NCBI GenBank assembly: GCA_039028615.1
Contig: JBCCHT010000045.1
Span: 34,158-98,157, forward strand
Direction: 5' to 3'
Source of the DNA: Myxococcota bacterium
GTDB lineage: Bacteria; Myxococcota_A; Polyangia; Nannocystales; Nannocystaceae
Length of the DNA stretch: 64,000 nucleotides
The translations under genes were made by a program, and so were the position numbers. The notes below the pieces were generated by a model. The model did no database searches. It had not been told where the DNA came from and saw nothing but the letters and a program-made list of their open reading frames with translations. Shown here piece by piece: positions 51,933 through 61,953 of this stretch. How positions within the stretch are numbered: position 1 is the first letter of the stretch; each line of letters starts with the position of its first letter.

Positions 51933-53057
51933 ATGAACCGCACTGCATGGATCCTGGGAGTCGGGGGCTCGATGCTCGTGGGCTGCACCGTGCCGAGCAC
52001 GTTGGGGCTGGCCTGCGAGCGCCACGAGCACTGCGATGCCGGGCAATTCTGCGCCGACTCGCAGGTCTGCGAGAGCGGGATGCCGCCCATGGACATGCCG
52101 TCCGGGCCTCCGACACCGCCACCGGATCCTCCGACGCCGCCGACCGGGGGCACCGATCAGGACGAAACGACCGACGGGACCACCACCAGCGCCGACACCA
52201 CGGGCAGCGAGGACACCACGGGTCCGGCCTGCGGCACCGCGCTGGGCACCTGCGATGACGTGGACGTGCTGTTCGTCATCGACAACTCGGGCAGCATGCT
52301 CGACGACAACTCCACGCTCATCCCAGCCTTCGGCGACGCGGACAGCTTGGTCGGGGACATCGTCGACAGCCTGTGCAGCTACCACATCGGGGTGACGACG
52401 ACCTCGATCGCGCCCAACTTCCAGCCGAAGGAGTGCCAGCAACGGGGCGCCCTGTCGCGGGCGGGAGCCCTGTGTGAAGACCCGTGGCCCGGCTCTCCCG
52501 GCCATCCCCCCTGGGTCGACCAGGACGATGCCTTGACTACGTTGGGCTGCCTGTTCGGCGTGGGCACGAACTACGACGACGACGAGAAGCAGTTCGACAC
52601 CATCCTCGCTTCGCTGGGGCCCGAGCTTCAGGGCGAGGGCGGCTGCAACGAGGGGTTCATGCGCGAGGGCGTGCCGCTGCTCATCGTGCTCATCACGGAT
52701 GAAGACGACGACGACGACAGTGCCGATCCCAACGAGAACCCCGAGCGCACGGGCTCGGCGGGCGGCCCCGACGAGTGGTTCGATGCTCTCACCGCGATCA
52801 AGCCGATCGAGCAGCTGGCCATGGTCGTGCTCGCGTCCGAGGACCCGGAGACCTGCGACCCCTGGGTGCCTTCGTCGGGGCAGAGCGACGGTACGGGGGC
52901 CGAGTACGCGGACCGTATCCTGACCTTCGTTGGTTGGTTTACCGGAGCCGGCTTCACCGACCACGTGCGCGTCGTCGACCTGTGCCAGACCGGCGAGCAG
53001 ATCGTCGCCGAGGTCATGGACATTCAGTCGCTGCTGACCGCGCTGTGCGTGGAGTGA
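51933..53057 (+). CDS. vWA-like (MIDAS) lipoprotein
   Basis: Lipobox LVGC; DVLFVIDNSGSM, YHIGVTT, CNEGFMRE..LIVLITDEDD. Confidence 0.85.
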   Translation: MNRTAWILGVGGSMLVGCTVPSTLGLACERHEHCDAGQFCADSQVCESGMPPMDMPSGPPTPPPDPPTPPTGGTDQDETTDGTTTSADTTGSEDTTGPACGTALGTCDDVDVLFVIDNSGSMLDDNSTLIPAFGDADSLVGDIVDSLCSYHIGVTTTSIAPNFQPKECQQRGALSRAGALCEDPWPGSPGHPPWVDQDDALTTLGCLFGVGTNYDDDEKQFDTILASLGPELQGEGGCNEGFMREGVPLLIVLITDEDDDDDSADPNENPERTGSAGGPDEWFDALTAIKPIEQLAMVVLASEDPETCDPWVPSSGQSDGTGAEYADRILTFVGWFTGAGFTDHVRVVDLCQTGEQIVAEVMDIQSLLTALCVE

Positions 53058-53060
53058 GCC

Positions 53061-54215
53061 CTACGAGCCGGCGAGCTCTTGGTTGATCGCTTCGATCAGC
53101 TCTTCGCCGGAGATGCCCCCGGCGTAGCTGCGGCCGTTGATGTAGAAGCTCGGCGTGCCGCGGACCCCGACCTCGCGGCCCTTGGCGAGGTCGGCCTCGA
53201 CCTGCGAGCGCACGCGGCCGGAGGCGAGGCACTCGTCGAGCTTGGCCATGTCGAGCCCGACGTCCTGCGCCATGGTGCGCAGGCGCTCCGGGCCGAGCTG
53301 CGCCTGGTTGGCGAAGATCTCGTCGTGCAACGGCCAGAACTTGCCCTGCTCGTGGGCGCACTGGCTCATCTCGGCGGCGGGCTGGGCCGAGGGGTGGAAG
53401 CTCAGCGGGAAGTGGCGGTAAGCGAACTCGACTTTGTCGCCGAAGTGCTTCTTGACCGCAGTGACGGCCGTGGCCGCGCGCGAGCAGTAGGGGCACTCGA
53501 AGTCGGAGAACTCGACGATGCGGACCTTGGCGTCGGGCGAGCCGAAGGTCGCGGTGTGCTCGGCCGCTGTGAGGTCGTAGGGAGGCGGGCGCACGTCGGG
53601 GAGGTTCAGGGTGATCTCGGTGCCCTTGCGGAGCGAGGTGATGAGCTCGTCGTAGGCGATCTTCGAGCGCTCCTCGATCACCGCTTGCTCCACCTGGCCC
53701 TTGACCGCTTCGAAGGGCGGCGCGTCGGCGGTCTTGTTGGCGTCGTAGAAGGCTTCGAGCTCGGCGTCGTCGGGGCGACCGACCGTCTCGTCGAGCTTGG
53801 CGCGCACGAAGTCCTCGTTGGAGACCCCGGCCTTGCGGGCGGCTCGGGCGAGGAGGTGGGACTCCACCGCACGCTGTGCGGCAGACTGGCGGATCTTGGC
53901 GACGTCGCTGCAGTAGGTGTGGAGCGCCTCGCGCTCGGCCTCGCGGGCGTCGTCGCCCAGGGCACTGGCCCGGATCGGCTCACCGTCGACGGTGCCGACG
54001 ACCGTGCCGCTGGGGAGCGCAAAGGCGGCCGCACTGCACGGGTCTTCGCCCACGGCCGTGGCTTTGGCCTTGGCCGCTACGGGAACCGCGGACGATGGCA
54101 CGACCGGAGGTTCGACGGCGGCCGGTGCATCCTTGGGCGCTGCGGCGCTGGCGGTGGGAGAGCCGTCGCATGCCAGGGGCACGAACAATGTCAGGGCGAA
54201 GATCGAGCGCCGCAT
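53061..54215 (-). CDS. DsbA-family thioredoxin-fold lipoprotein with SurA-like helical N-domain
   Basis: EFSDFECPYC, YRHFPL..H, EQGKFW, GVRGTPSFYING; lipobox PLAC. Confidence 0.92.
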   Translation of the reverse strand: MRRSIFALTLFVPLACDGSPTASAAAPKDAPAAVEPPVVPSSAVPVAAKAKATAVGEDPCSAAAFALPSGTVVGTVDGEPIRASALGDDAREAEREALHTYCSDVAKIRQSAAQRAVESHLLARAARKAGVSNEDFVRAKLDETVGRPDDAELEAFYDANKTADAPPFEAVKGQVEQAVIEERSKIAYDELITSLRKGTEITLNLPDVRPPPYDLTAAEHTATFGSPDAKVRIVEFSDFECPYCSRAATAVTAVKKHFGDKVEFAYRHFPLSFHPSAQPAAEMSQCAHEQGKFWPLHDEIFANQAQLGPERLRTMAQDVGLDMAKLDECLASGRVRSQVEADLAKGREVGVRGTPSFYINGRSYAGGISGEELIEAINQELAGS

Positions 54216-54301
54216 GGTCGGCGAAGCATGAGACGTGTGGCCGCTGGGGACAAGCCGTTTTACTGCCGAGAGGTCACGGGCAAGGTGCTACCGTTGGTGC
54301 C

Positions 54302-55072
54302 GTGAGCCTTGCCCGTACCATTTCCTTAGTCGTGGTCCCCTCGATGCTCGCGGCGTGTTTCGTGGACACGCCCACCACGATGACCACGGCGACGGAGGAC
54401 GAAGGGGGAGCCACCGATGCCACTCCCACCCCGGCCGAAGACGAGTCGGAGGGCGACGCCGGGACCGAGCCGGAAGAGGATTCGTCGGGCGACGGCACCA
54501 CTCCGCCCGCCGACACGGGCAAGGACTGCAGCGGCCAGGGCGGCTTCGACGTGATCAACTTCGTCGACGCGGCGTGCGGTCCGGGCACGGAGAACTTCAG
54601 CTGCACCGGCCCCAACCCCCAAGACTGCACCAGCGTGCCCTGCAAGGGAGGGCCCACGCAGGGGGTCGTGCGACCGGCCATGAACACGTCGCCCGAGGGG
54701 CTGATGCGGGGGCGGACCCTCGAGGTCATCCCGCCCGCCGTCGACGGCGGCTCGATGGTGGCCGACTTCGAGGTCGACGTCTCCGGCACCTGCAACCCTC
54801 AGTTCATCACCGAGGTGTTCTGTGGCTTCGCCCCGGAGTGCGACATCGACTACCTCGTGCAGGTCTGGGATGCCGACAGCGACTTCACCATGCCGCTGGC
54901 GCAGCAGACCGGGCTCGAGGTCTTCGACGGCAAGTTCACGCCCATCGTGATCCCGCTGGGGCAGTGGCAAGACATCCCGCTGGTCATCAGCCTCACCACC
55001 GATTCCGGCCCGGACTACGTCGCGGACGACATCGGGGTGTTCGACAACCCGCGGGTCATGGCGACCAACTAA
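54302..55072 (+). CDS. Hypothetical lipoprotein
   Basis: GTG 54302; lipobox LAAC; acidic linker; beta-rich Cys-containing C-domain. Confidence 0.7.
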   Translation: MSLARTISLVVVPSMLAACFVDTPTTMTTATEDEGGATDATPTPAEDESEGDAGTEPEEDSSGDGTTPPADTGKDCSGQGGFDVINFVDAACGPGTENFSCTGPNPQDCTSVPCKGGPTQGVVRPAMNTSPEGLMRGRTLEVIPPAVDGGSMVADFEVDVSGTCNPQFITEVFCGFAPECDIDYLVQVWDADSDFTMPLAQQTGLEVFDGKFTPIVIPLGQWQDIPLVISLTTDSGPDYVADDIGVFDNPRVMATN

Positions 55073-55084
55073 GCTTCGTCGCGG

Positions 55085-56746
55085 TTAGCGTCGGCGCCGG
55101 GCCAGGCCCAGCAGTCCGAGCAGCCACAGGCCGACCATCGGGGTCGAGGGGCGGCTGGTGACGCAGCCGCAGCCGTCGGCGTCCCCACCGTCCATGGCAC
55201 TGCCGTCGCTGCCGGAGCCGAAGGTGTCTTCGTCGCCGTCGGACTCGCCGTCGTCGCCTCCGGCCGTGTCGTCGGCGCCATCGTCGGTCGCTCCACCTTC
55301 GCCGCCCCCGGTCCCGCCGGTCGAGGGGTCCTCACCGATGGTGATGGTGACCGAGTCGGTCGCGACGTGATCGGCGTGGTCTTGGACCAACCCCGTGACG
55401 GTATAGGTGCCGGGAGGCAGCCCCACGAGGTCGAAGACCAGCGCGCGCTCGTAGTCGACCTGGTCGACCAGCGTCTCGCCCTTTTCGTTCTCGATCAGCA
55501 GCTTCCAGCCGTAGCCGCCGAAGTCGTCCCAGGGGTCGAACTCGACGCGGACCTCTTCATCGGGCGCATACATGGCGCCGTCTTCGGGCTGGAGCAGCTC
55601 GATGGTCGGCTCGACCACGTCGACCCCGGCGGGCGCGAAGGTGGTGCGCAGCGTCTGCATGTCGTGCTGGGCTTCGCCGATGCCACAGTGACACTTGTTG
55701 ACGCCGACACAGGCCGCGCTCTGACCGGCGACCTGGATGGTGGGCGCGCAGGTGTTGTTGAAGCCGAGGTCGCCGCCCTGGGTGGGGGCGTAGCCGGCCG
55801 CCATCACGCTGTCGGAGGCGTTGGTGTGCCCCAGGCCGAGCGTGTGGCCGATCTCCTGGCTGATGACGTTGGCCTGCGAGGCCGCGGGCGAGTTGTTCTG
55901 GAAGGCGTAGCAGACGTTGCGCTGCCCGAAGTCCTCACAGTCCAGCGGCGCCACGCCGCCCGAGGGACCCGCGGTGGTGTCGGAGTAGTGCCCGCCCACC
56001 ATCACCATGGTGTAGGGCAGCACCTTGGGCGGACGCTCGGCATAGACCACTCGTACCGCGAGCTGCTCGAAGTCGGATGCCACCGCCTGCGCGGCTGCGA
56101 TCGCTCGCTCTTCCCCACCGCCATAGACGGGGTAGGGGTGCCCGGTGCGGGCGATGTTCGACATGTTCTCGGCCGAGTTCTCGCCGCCCGTCGAGAGCCC
56201 GTCGGGGACGCCGACAAAGTTCAGGTACACGGTGTGGTGCCGCGGGATTTCTCCGCCTGGTCGGTAGTCGTAGTCGTAGACGCCGGGGGGCACTTCTTCG
56301 GGGAAGGCACAGATCTCGGAGAGGTCGGGTCCACCGTCTTGGGGATCGGGGCCGGCCGTCAGCGAGCGCGTAGCGTCGGGCACCATGGCCGCACCGTCGA
56401 GCATGGGCGCGGGCACGACCATGCCGCCCAGCTGCTCGAGGCCGTCGGGGAGCGAGTGCTCCACCGGGTCGAGCGTCGACTTCACGTCTTCGACCGCGCG
56501 GACGTAGTTGCCCAGCTCCTCGAAGCGAATGATCGACGGCGGGTTGCGATCGAAGCGCGGGCGATCCTCGGGTCGAGCGTCCGACGAGAAGTCGATGCGT
56601 ACCGGCTCCGGCGTCGGGTCGTACGACGGGTTCTGGACGACCTCGGGAGGACCCGCGAGTGCACCGTTGGGCAGCGCGATGCCGACCAACGCTGCCGTGG
56701 TCACGAGAAAGGAGACGGTTGTGGGATTTGCGAGCTTTGCCGGCAC
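55085..56746 (-). CDS. Metzincin-like protein (QExxH variant) with Ig-like domain and MYXO-CTERM tail
   Basis: SQEIGHTLGLGH..SVM Met-turn; PTIELLQPEDGA..LPPGTYTVT..D; GCGC..GLWLLGLLGLARRRR. Confidence 0.85.
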   Translation of the reverse strand: MPAKLANPTTVSFLVTTAALVGIALPNGALAGPPEVVQNPSYDPTPEPVRIDFSSDARPEDRPRFDRNPPSIIRFEELGNYVRAVEDVKSTLDPVEHSLPDGLEQLGGMVVPAPMLDGAAMVPDATRSLTAGPDPQDGGPDLSEICAFPEEVPPGVYDYDYRPGGEIPRHHTVYLNFVGVPDGLSTGGENSAENMSNIARTGHPYPVYGGGEERAIAAAQAVASDFEQLAVRVVYAERPPKVLPYTMVMVGGHYSDTTAGPSGGVAPLDCEDFGQRNVCYAFQNNSPAASQANVISQEIGHTLGLGHTNASDSVMAAGYAPTQGGDLGFNNTCAPTIQVAGQSAACVGVNKCHCGIGEAQHDMQTLRTTFAPAGVDVVEPTIELLQPEDGAMYAPDEEVRVEFDPWDDFGGYGWKLLIENEKGETLVDQVDYERALVFDLVGLPPGTYTVTGLVQDHADHVATDSVTITIGEDPSTGGTGGGEGGATDDGADDTAGGDDGESDGDEDTFGSGSDGSAMDGGDADGCGCVTSRPSTPMVGLWLLGLLGLARRRR

Positions 56747-56833
56747 GGCGAGACCACTGTAACGGACCGGGCGGCCGCATGGTTGTTGGAATCCGCACAC
56801 ACCGAACGGGGCATTGGTACGTTGGCACTCGCC

Positions 56834-59800
56834 GTGACCCGCCGCGCTCTTCGTGCCCTGCTGTCGTGCTCACTGCTGCTAGCCGCCTGTACGTCGGCCG
56901 AAGCCCCGCCCCCGCAGCCGCGAGGCGAAACGCCGGAGCCGATCCCGACGCCTCCGCCGACCCCGATCCCGACGCAAACCCCGCCGCTCCAGCCGGTCGA
57001 TGTGCCGCAGGAGTCGAGCCTCGAGTGGGTGCGCGCCAATGCCTGTGAAGAGGGCGCTCCGATGTCGTTGACCGCCTCGGATGGCACCGGGCTTCGCTTG
57101 GCCTCGCTCACCGCTCGCGCCGTGGTCGAGGGACCGCTGGCCTTCACCGAGCTGCGGCTTTCGTTCGACAACCCCGAAGATCGGCAGCTCGAGGGGCGCT
57201 TTGCCATCACCCTCCCGCCCGGCGCCGCGATCAGCCGCTTCGCCATGGAGATCGACGGGCGCTGGCAAGAGGGTGAGGTCGTCGAACGGCAGGCGGCCCG
57301 GCGCGCGTACGAAGATTTCCTGCATCGGGCCCAGGACCCTGCGCTGCTCGAGAACGACGCGGGCAACGTCTTCCGCGCGCGAGTCTTCCCCATCCCGCCG
57401 CGGGCTCGCAAAGAGCTGGTGCTGTCCTACTCGCAGGAGCTGAGCCACTCCGCCGAGCCCTATCGATTGCCGCTGTGTGGGTTGCCGACCCTCGACGAGC
57501 TCGATGTCGACGTGGCCATCGTGCAGGGGGCGGTCGCGGTCGACTCGTCGCTCGCCGGTCAGGCCACCTCCGTCTATCACCTCGGGCTGAAGCGCAAGAA
57601 CCTGGCACCCACCCAGGACCTCGAGGCACGCCTGGGGCACCCCGCGGCCAACGGCGTGCGTCATGGCGACCTGGCGATCGTGCGGGTCGCTCCCGTGCTC
57701 GAGACCTCGGCCCAGACCGTCGAAGAGCTGACCATCCTCATGGACACCAGCGCGTCGCGAGCCCTGGACTTCGGCGGGCAGGTCAAGCGCATCGGGGCCG
57801 TGGTGGCCGCGTTGCCTCCGGCGGCGCGCGTGAAGCTGATGGCCTACGACCAGGGCACCGAGCTGGTGTATCGCGGGCGCGCGGATGGGCTCGGGTCGGA
57901 TGAACTCGAGTCGTTGCTGAAACGCGAAGCTCTGGGCGCGTCCAACTTGTCCCAGGCCCTCGACACCCTGCTCGCGGGCGCCTCGGTGGACGAGCGATTG
58001 CTGCTGGTGGGAGACGGGGTGGTCACCGCGGGCCAGGCCGAGTCCGCCTCGCTGCAGGTCAAGCTGCGCGAGCTGGCGGCCAAGGGCTTGGTCCGCGTGG
58101 ATGCGATCGTCGACGGCGGGATCCAAGACGAGTCGATGCTGACCTCGCTGACCCGAGCGGGCCTGCCCCACGACGGGATCGTGCTCGATGCCCGCCTCTC
58201 GGCCACGAGCCTCGCCGAGCGCTTGGGTCGAGCCACCCGCTCGGGCGTGAAGGTCGAGGTGCCGGGGGCGGAGTGGGTCTGGCCTACGACGCTCGACGGG
58301 ATCCAGCCCGGGGACGAGCGCTTGATCTACGCGCAGCTCCCCGAGCAGCAGACCCTGCGAGTGCAGCTCACCGGGGCGTCGCTCCAGGACCCCGCGCCCG
58401 CGCTGGCCCACGTGCCCGAGCCGTTGCTGGCTCGCGCTCATGCCAAGGCCCGGATCGCGGCGCTGCAGACCCAGCGCGCCGAGCTCCCCGCCGAAGACTC
58501 CAAGGGTCGAGCGAAGCTGGCCGAACAGATCGTCGAGCTGTCGACCCGTCATCGCGTGCTCAGTGATCTGACCGCGTTGCTCGTGCTGGAGACCGAAGCC
58601 GACTACGAGCGGTTCGGCATCGATCGTCGGGCGCTGGCCGAGATCATGACCGTCGGCACCGCGGGCATCGAGATGCTGCAGCGGCGCGACGCGGTCGTCA
58701 CGAAGACCGTCGAGGTGGAAAAGCTCGACAAGGCGAAGGACGAGAAAGAGAGCGGCAAGAAGAAGAAGAAGGGGCGAATGGGGCTCGACGACTTCGACGT
58801 CGAGGCAGATGAAGACGGGGGGGATTTCGATCCCGAGCTCGATCCCGAGCCCGAGTCCGAGGAGGAGCCCATGGCCGCGGCCGATGACGGCGATTCCGAA
58901 CGCGCAGCCCAGCGTGCGCCTGTTCGGCCGGGACGCCCGGCGCCCTCCGAGCCCGCGGCCCGAAGCGCCTCGAGAGGCTTGGGCGCGTCTGGAAGCGGTT
59001 TCGGCGGGGGCGGGGCTTCGGCCTTCGACAGGAGCAAGCCTCCGGTCGCCGATCCTTATGAAGGACGCCTGGCCACGGTGATGAAGGCGATCGCGCGAGG
59101 CAACCTGGCCGCAGCCGAGCGCGAGGCCCTGGACTGGCGCCGCGGCAGCCCCGGCGACGTGCTCGCCTTGGTCGCCGTCGGTGAGGTTCGAGAGGCCCAG
59201 GGCGATGCTGCGGCCGCGGCCCGGGTGTACGGCTCGCTGATCGACCTGTTCCCCTCGCGTGCCGACATCCGGCGCATGGCGGGCGAGCGGCTCGAGCGTC
59301 TGGGCGAGGCGGGGCTGCCCCTGGCCATCGATACCTACGCGCACGCGGTGGAGCAGCGCCCCGATCACCCGGCGAGCCATCGGCTCTACGCCTACGCCTT
59401 GCTCAAGGCCGGGCGTCATGCCGAGGCCTTCGCCGCGCTCGAAGCGGCGCTCGATCGCAGCTATCCGGGCGGGCGCTTCGCGGGGGTCGAGCGGGTCCTT
59501 CGCGAGGATCTCGGCCTCGTGGGCGCGGCCTGGATCGCGGCGGATCCCAGCGTGCGAACGAAGGTCGAAGCCGCGCTCGGCAAACGAAGTGTGACCCTGC
59601 CCACCACGCGGTCCACCCGCTTCGTGCTCAACTGGGAGACCGACGCCAACGACGTGGACCTACACGTCTACGACTCGTCGGGCGGCCACGCCTACTACAG
59701 CAACCGAAGCCTGAGCTCCGGCGGCACGCTCTACGACGACGTGACCACGGGCTACGGTCCCGAGTGCTTCACCATCCCGGGCAAGCGCGGTTCCAAGCGC

Positions 59801-60013
59801 TACCGGATCTTCGCCCACTACTATCGTCGCGGACCCATGGGCTACGGGATGGGGAAGCTGCAGGCGATCGAGCACGATGGTCGCGGCGGCCTGACCTTTG
59901 CCGAGCATCCCTTCGTGATCATGAAGGATGATGGCTACGTCGACTTGGCCACGATCGGGGCGACGATAGCGCCTCTTCCGAAGAAGACGGTCGCGGAGAC
60001 GAAAGCCCAGTAG
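56834..60013 (+). CDS. Lipoprotein with VIT, vWA-like, TPR and YfaP/DUF2135-like domains
   Basis: Lipobox LAAC; AFTELRLSFDNP..LPPGAAISRFAM..DPALLE (VIT); ILMDTSAS; TPR helices; LNWETDANDVDLHVYD..DVTTGYGPE. Confidence 0.88.
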   Translation: MTRRALRALLSCSLLLAACTSAEAPPPQPRGETPEPIPTPPPTPIPTQTPPLQPVDVPQESSLEWVRANACEEGAPMSLTASDGTGLRLASLTARAVVEGPLAFTELRLSFDNPEDRQLEGRFAITLPPGAAISRFAMEIDGRWQEGEVVERQAARRAYEDFLHRAQDPALLENDAGNVFRARVFPIPPRARKELVLSYSQELSHSAEPYRLPLCGLPTLDELDVDVAIVQGAVAVDSSLAGQATSVYHLGLKRKNLAPTQDLEARLGHPAANGVRHGDLAIVRVAPVLETSAQTVEELTILMDTSASRALDFGGQVKRIGAVVAALPPAARVKLMAYDQGTELVYRGRADGLGSDELESLLKREALGASNLSQALDTLLAGASVDERLLLVGDGVVTAGQAESASLQVKLRELAAKGLVRVDAIVDGGIQDESMLTSLTRAGLPHDGIVLDARLSATSLAERLGRATRSGVKVEVPGAEWVWPTTLDGIQPGDERLIYAQLPEQQTLRVQLTGASLQDPAPALAHVPEPLLARAHAKARIAALQTQRAELPAEDSKGRAKLAEQIVELSTRHRVLSDLTALLVLETEADYERFGIDRRALAEIMTVGTAGIEMLQRRDAVVTKTVEVEKLDKAKDEKESGKKKKKGRMGLDDFDVEADEDGGDFDPELDPEPESEEEPMAAADDGDSERAAQRAPVRPGRPAPSEPAARSASRGLGASGSGFGGGGASAFDRSKPPVADPYEGRLATVMKAIARGNLAAAEREALDWRRGSPGDVLALVAVGEVREAQGDAAAAARVYGSLIDLFPSRADIRRMAGERLERLGEAGLPLAIDTYAHAVEQRPDHPASHRLYAYALLKAGRHAEAFAALEAALDRSYPGGRFAGVERVLREDLGLVGAAWIAADPSVRTKVEAALGKRSVTLPTTRSTRFVLNWETDANDVDLHVYDSSGGHAYYSNRSLSSGGTLYDDVTTGYGPECFTIPGKRGSKRYRIFAHYYRRGPMGYGMGKLQAIEHDGRGGLTFAEHPFVIMKDDGYVDLATIGATIAPLPKKTVAETKAQ

Positions 60014-60315
60014 ACGGCGCCTGGTCCTCTTCCTGGCGCGATTACGGACGGCTCGGGTTCGAGTGATGATGCTCGAATCCGGGCTGTTCGTGCCTCGGAA
60101 ATCTCGATCGCGGTGGCCTCTTCGCTCGCCCGTTCGGGCGAGAACCGAGGTTCGAGCGGATTATCTTCGCGTGGCGATGTCAGGTTGGTCGGCTCGCGCC
60201 ACTATCTGTTCGACGTGGGCCCGCCGCCTGTTCTTTGTGGGGGCACCACTGGTCACGAAAGGGCCATGGACCGTTGGTGCATCCTGCGGCCGGTCGCCCT
60301 ACCATTGGGTCAATC

Positions 60316-61083
60316 GTGCCATTGCAACGTATCTATAAGGAGCTAGACCCCGAAGTCATCGAGTGTGCGTTAGGGCGAGGCCGGCGGGTTGCCGGGCTCA
60401 CCCGGCGAGGTGCCTTCGGAAAGCTGCACGATCACTACGAGGAACGAGTTCGCTACGCCGTGGCGAAGGCAGCCATGAACACCGCCTACCAGCATCGCAT
60501 CGACGATCTGAGGCAGGAGGTTTGGTGCCGCTTCGCCGAAGGCAAGGGAGGTCTGCTGGGGTACTACGACCCGGAGCGTGGATCGTTTGGTCCATTCATC
60601 ACGCGTCTCGCGTATCAGCAAGCGCTTCGCGAGGTCCAGACCGACCGTCGCCAGAACATCGACGGCGCGGCGACCTACACCGACGACGTCGAGGACACCA
60701 AGATGGCGAGCCTCTTCGCTCAGCTCATCCAGACCGACCTCTACGAAAAACTCATGGCGCGGGCCGAGGCCGATCTCAACGACAACGAGAAGATCCTCCT
60801 CCGCGAGATTCACGTCGAAGGACGTAGCTGCCTCGAAGTCGCACGGCGTCACGACATCAACCAGAACACCATCTACAAGCAGAACCAACGCCTCAAAGAC
60901 CGCCTGAAAGAGTGGGCCGACGAGCTACTCCGGTCCGCTCCCGAACTTCGCGACCCCGAGACTCCACCGCCTCGCAGCGCAGCGGTCGTTGCCCTCATCG
61001 TGGCGGCGCTCGCCTCCGCCTCGATCGAGGCTGAGCTGACCCGTTCCTTCCCACCCGAGCCGGAGCCCGAATTCCATGCATGA
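60316..61083 (+). CDS. Divergent ECF-type sigma factor with C-terminal extension (start uncertain)
   Basis: AFGKLHDHY..DDLRQEVW..YDPERGSFGPFI (sigma2); LNDNEKILLREIHVEGRSCLEVARRHDINQNTIY..RLK (sigma4). Confidence 0.8.
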   Translation: MPLQRIYKELDPEVIECALGRGRRVAGLTRRGAFGKLHDHYEERVRYAVAKAAMNTAYQHRIDDLRQEVWCRFAEGKGGLLGYYDPERGSFGPFITRLAYQQALREVQTDRRQNIDGAATYTDDVEDTKMASLFAQLIQTDLYEKLMARAEADLNDNEKILLREIHVEGRSCLEVARRHDINQNTIYKQNQRLKDRLKEWADELLRSAPELRDPETPPPRSAAVVALIVAALASASIEAELTRSFPPEPEPEFHA

Positions 61084-61945
61084 AAACGACAGGCTCGACG
61101 GTTTCGTCGCCCACGAGCTCTCCCAGCGGCTCTTCGATGGCAACGATGTTTGGTCTCGCGTGAGCCGGGGGGAGGTCTCGCCCGATGATGCGGCGGCCGA
61201 GGCCGAGCTCGGTGGTGACGAGCAAGAGCGGCGCTGGAAAGCAGAGCTCTTTGCGCCGCCCTCCGAGCAGAAGGTCGAGGCGGAGCGCAACTTCCTGCTC
61301 GACAAGTACTTCGGTCCCGAGGACGCCGAGGAGCCCGAAGATGCGGAAGAATCCGAGGAGCCCGAAGCGTCCGAGGAGCCCGAGGAGTCCGAAGATAGCA
61401 ACGTGGTCGACATGGCTCGCCATCGTCGCCGACGCCTTCGCAACTTGGGCGGAGGCGGCATCGGGCTGGCGGCCGTCGCAGCCCTGGTTCTCTACTGTGG
61501 TGACCCCGGGTCGCCGCCGCAGCTGGCCGACTACTCGCTCGAGTGGGACAAGGAATACAAGGGCACGCAGCTCGGCCCCGGAGAGCCGGCCGCTCCGCAG
61601 GACTGTGATGCTCGCTATCGCACCGACGGCAAGATCACGGCCAAGCTGCGGCCGGGCACCAAGGTGGACGACGATGTCGGCGTGCGGATGTACGTCGATA
61701 CGGGCAAAGAGCAGCGCTGGATCGAGAAGCTGTCCGCCAGCGTCTCCGCCGACGGCATCATCACCGTCGAGAAGCCGATCGACGACCTGGGCCTCGAGCC
61801 CGGAGAGTGGACGGTCGCGTTCTTCGTCATCCACCGCGACCATGCCCCCGACAAAGCGCAGTTGCTCGAGCTCCGGGATGGGCAGCATCCGGGGGTGACC
61901 GTGGCGCGTGGCTCGGTCTGTGTGACGGCAGAGCAAGGCTCCTGA
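61076..61945 (+). CDS. Putative single-TM anti-sigma-like protein
   Basis: 8-nt overlap with sigma; acidic EEPE repeats; NVVDMARHRRRR then TM GGIGLAAVAALVLY; beta-rich C-domain. Confidence 0.7.
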   Translation: MHENDRLDGFVAHELSQRLFDGNDVWSRVSRGEVSPDDAAAEAELGGDEQERRWKAELFAPPSEQKVEAERNFLLDKYFGPEDAEEPEDAEESEEPEASEEPEESEDSNVVDMARHRRRRLRNLGGGGIGLAAVAALVLYCGDPGSPPQLADYSLEWDKEYKGTQLGPGEPAAPQDCDARYRTDGKITAKLRPGTKVDDDVGVRMYVDTGKEQRWIEKLSASVSADGIITVEKPIDDLGLEPGEWTVAFFVIHRDHAPDKAQLLELRDGQHPGVTVARGSVCVTAEQGS

Positions 61946-61953
61946 AACGGTCG

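Noticed and set aside
55367..56833. N-terminal part of the 1548-aa ORF
   Set aside because: Antisense to the metzincin-like gene; the signal peptide starts at GTG 56834
61320..61397. GAGGAGCCCGA(A/G)-type tandem repeats
   Set aside because: In-frame acidic EEPE linker, not an independent DNA element
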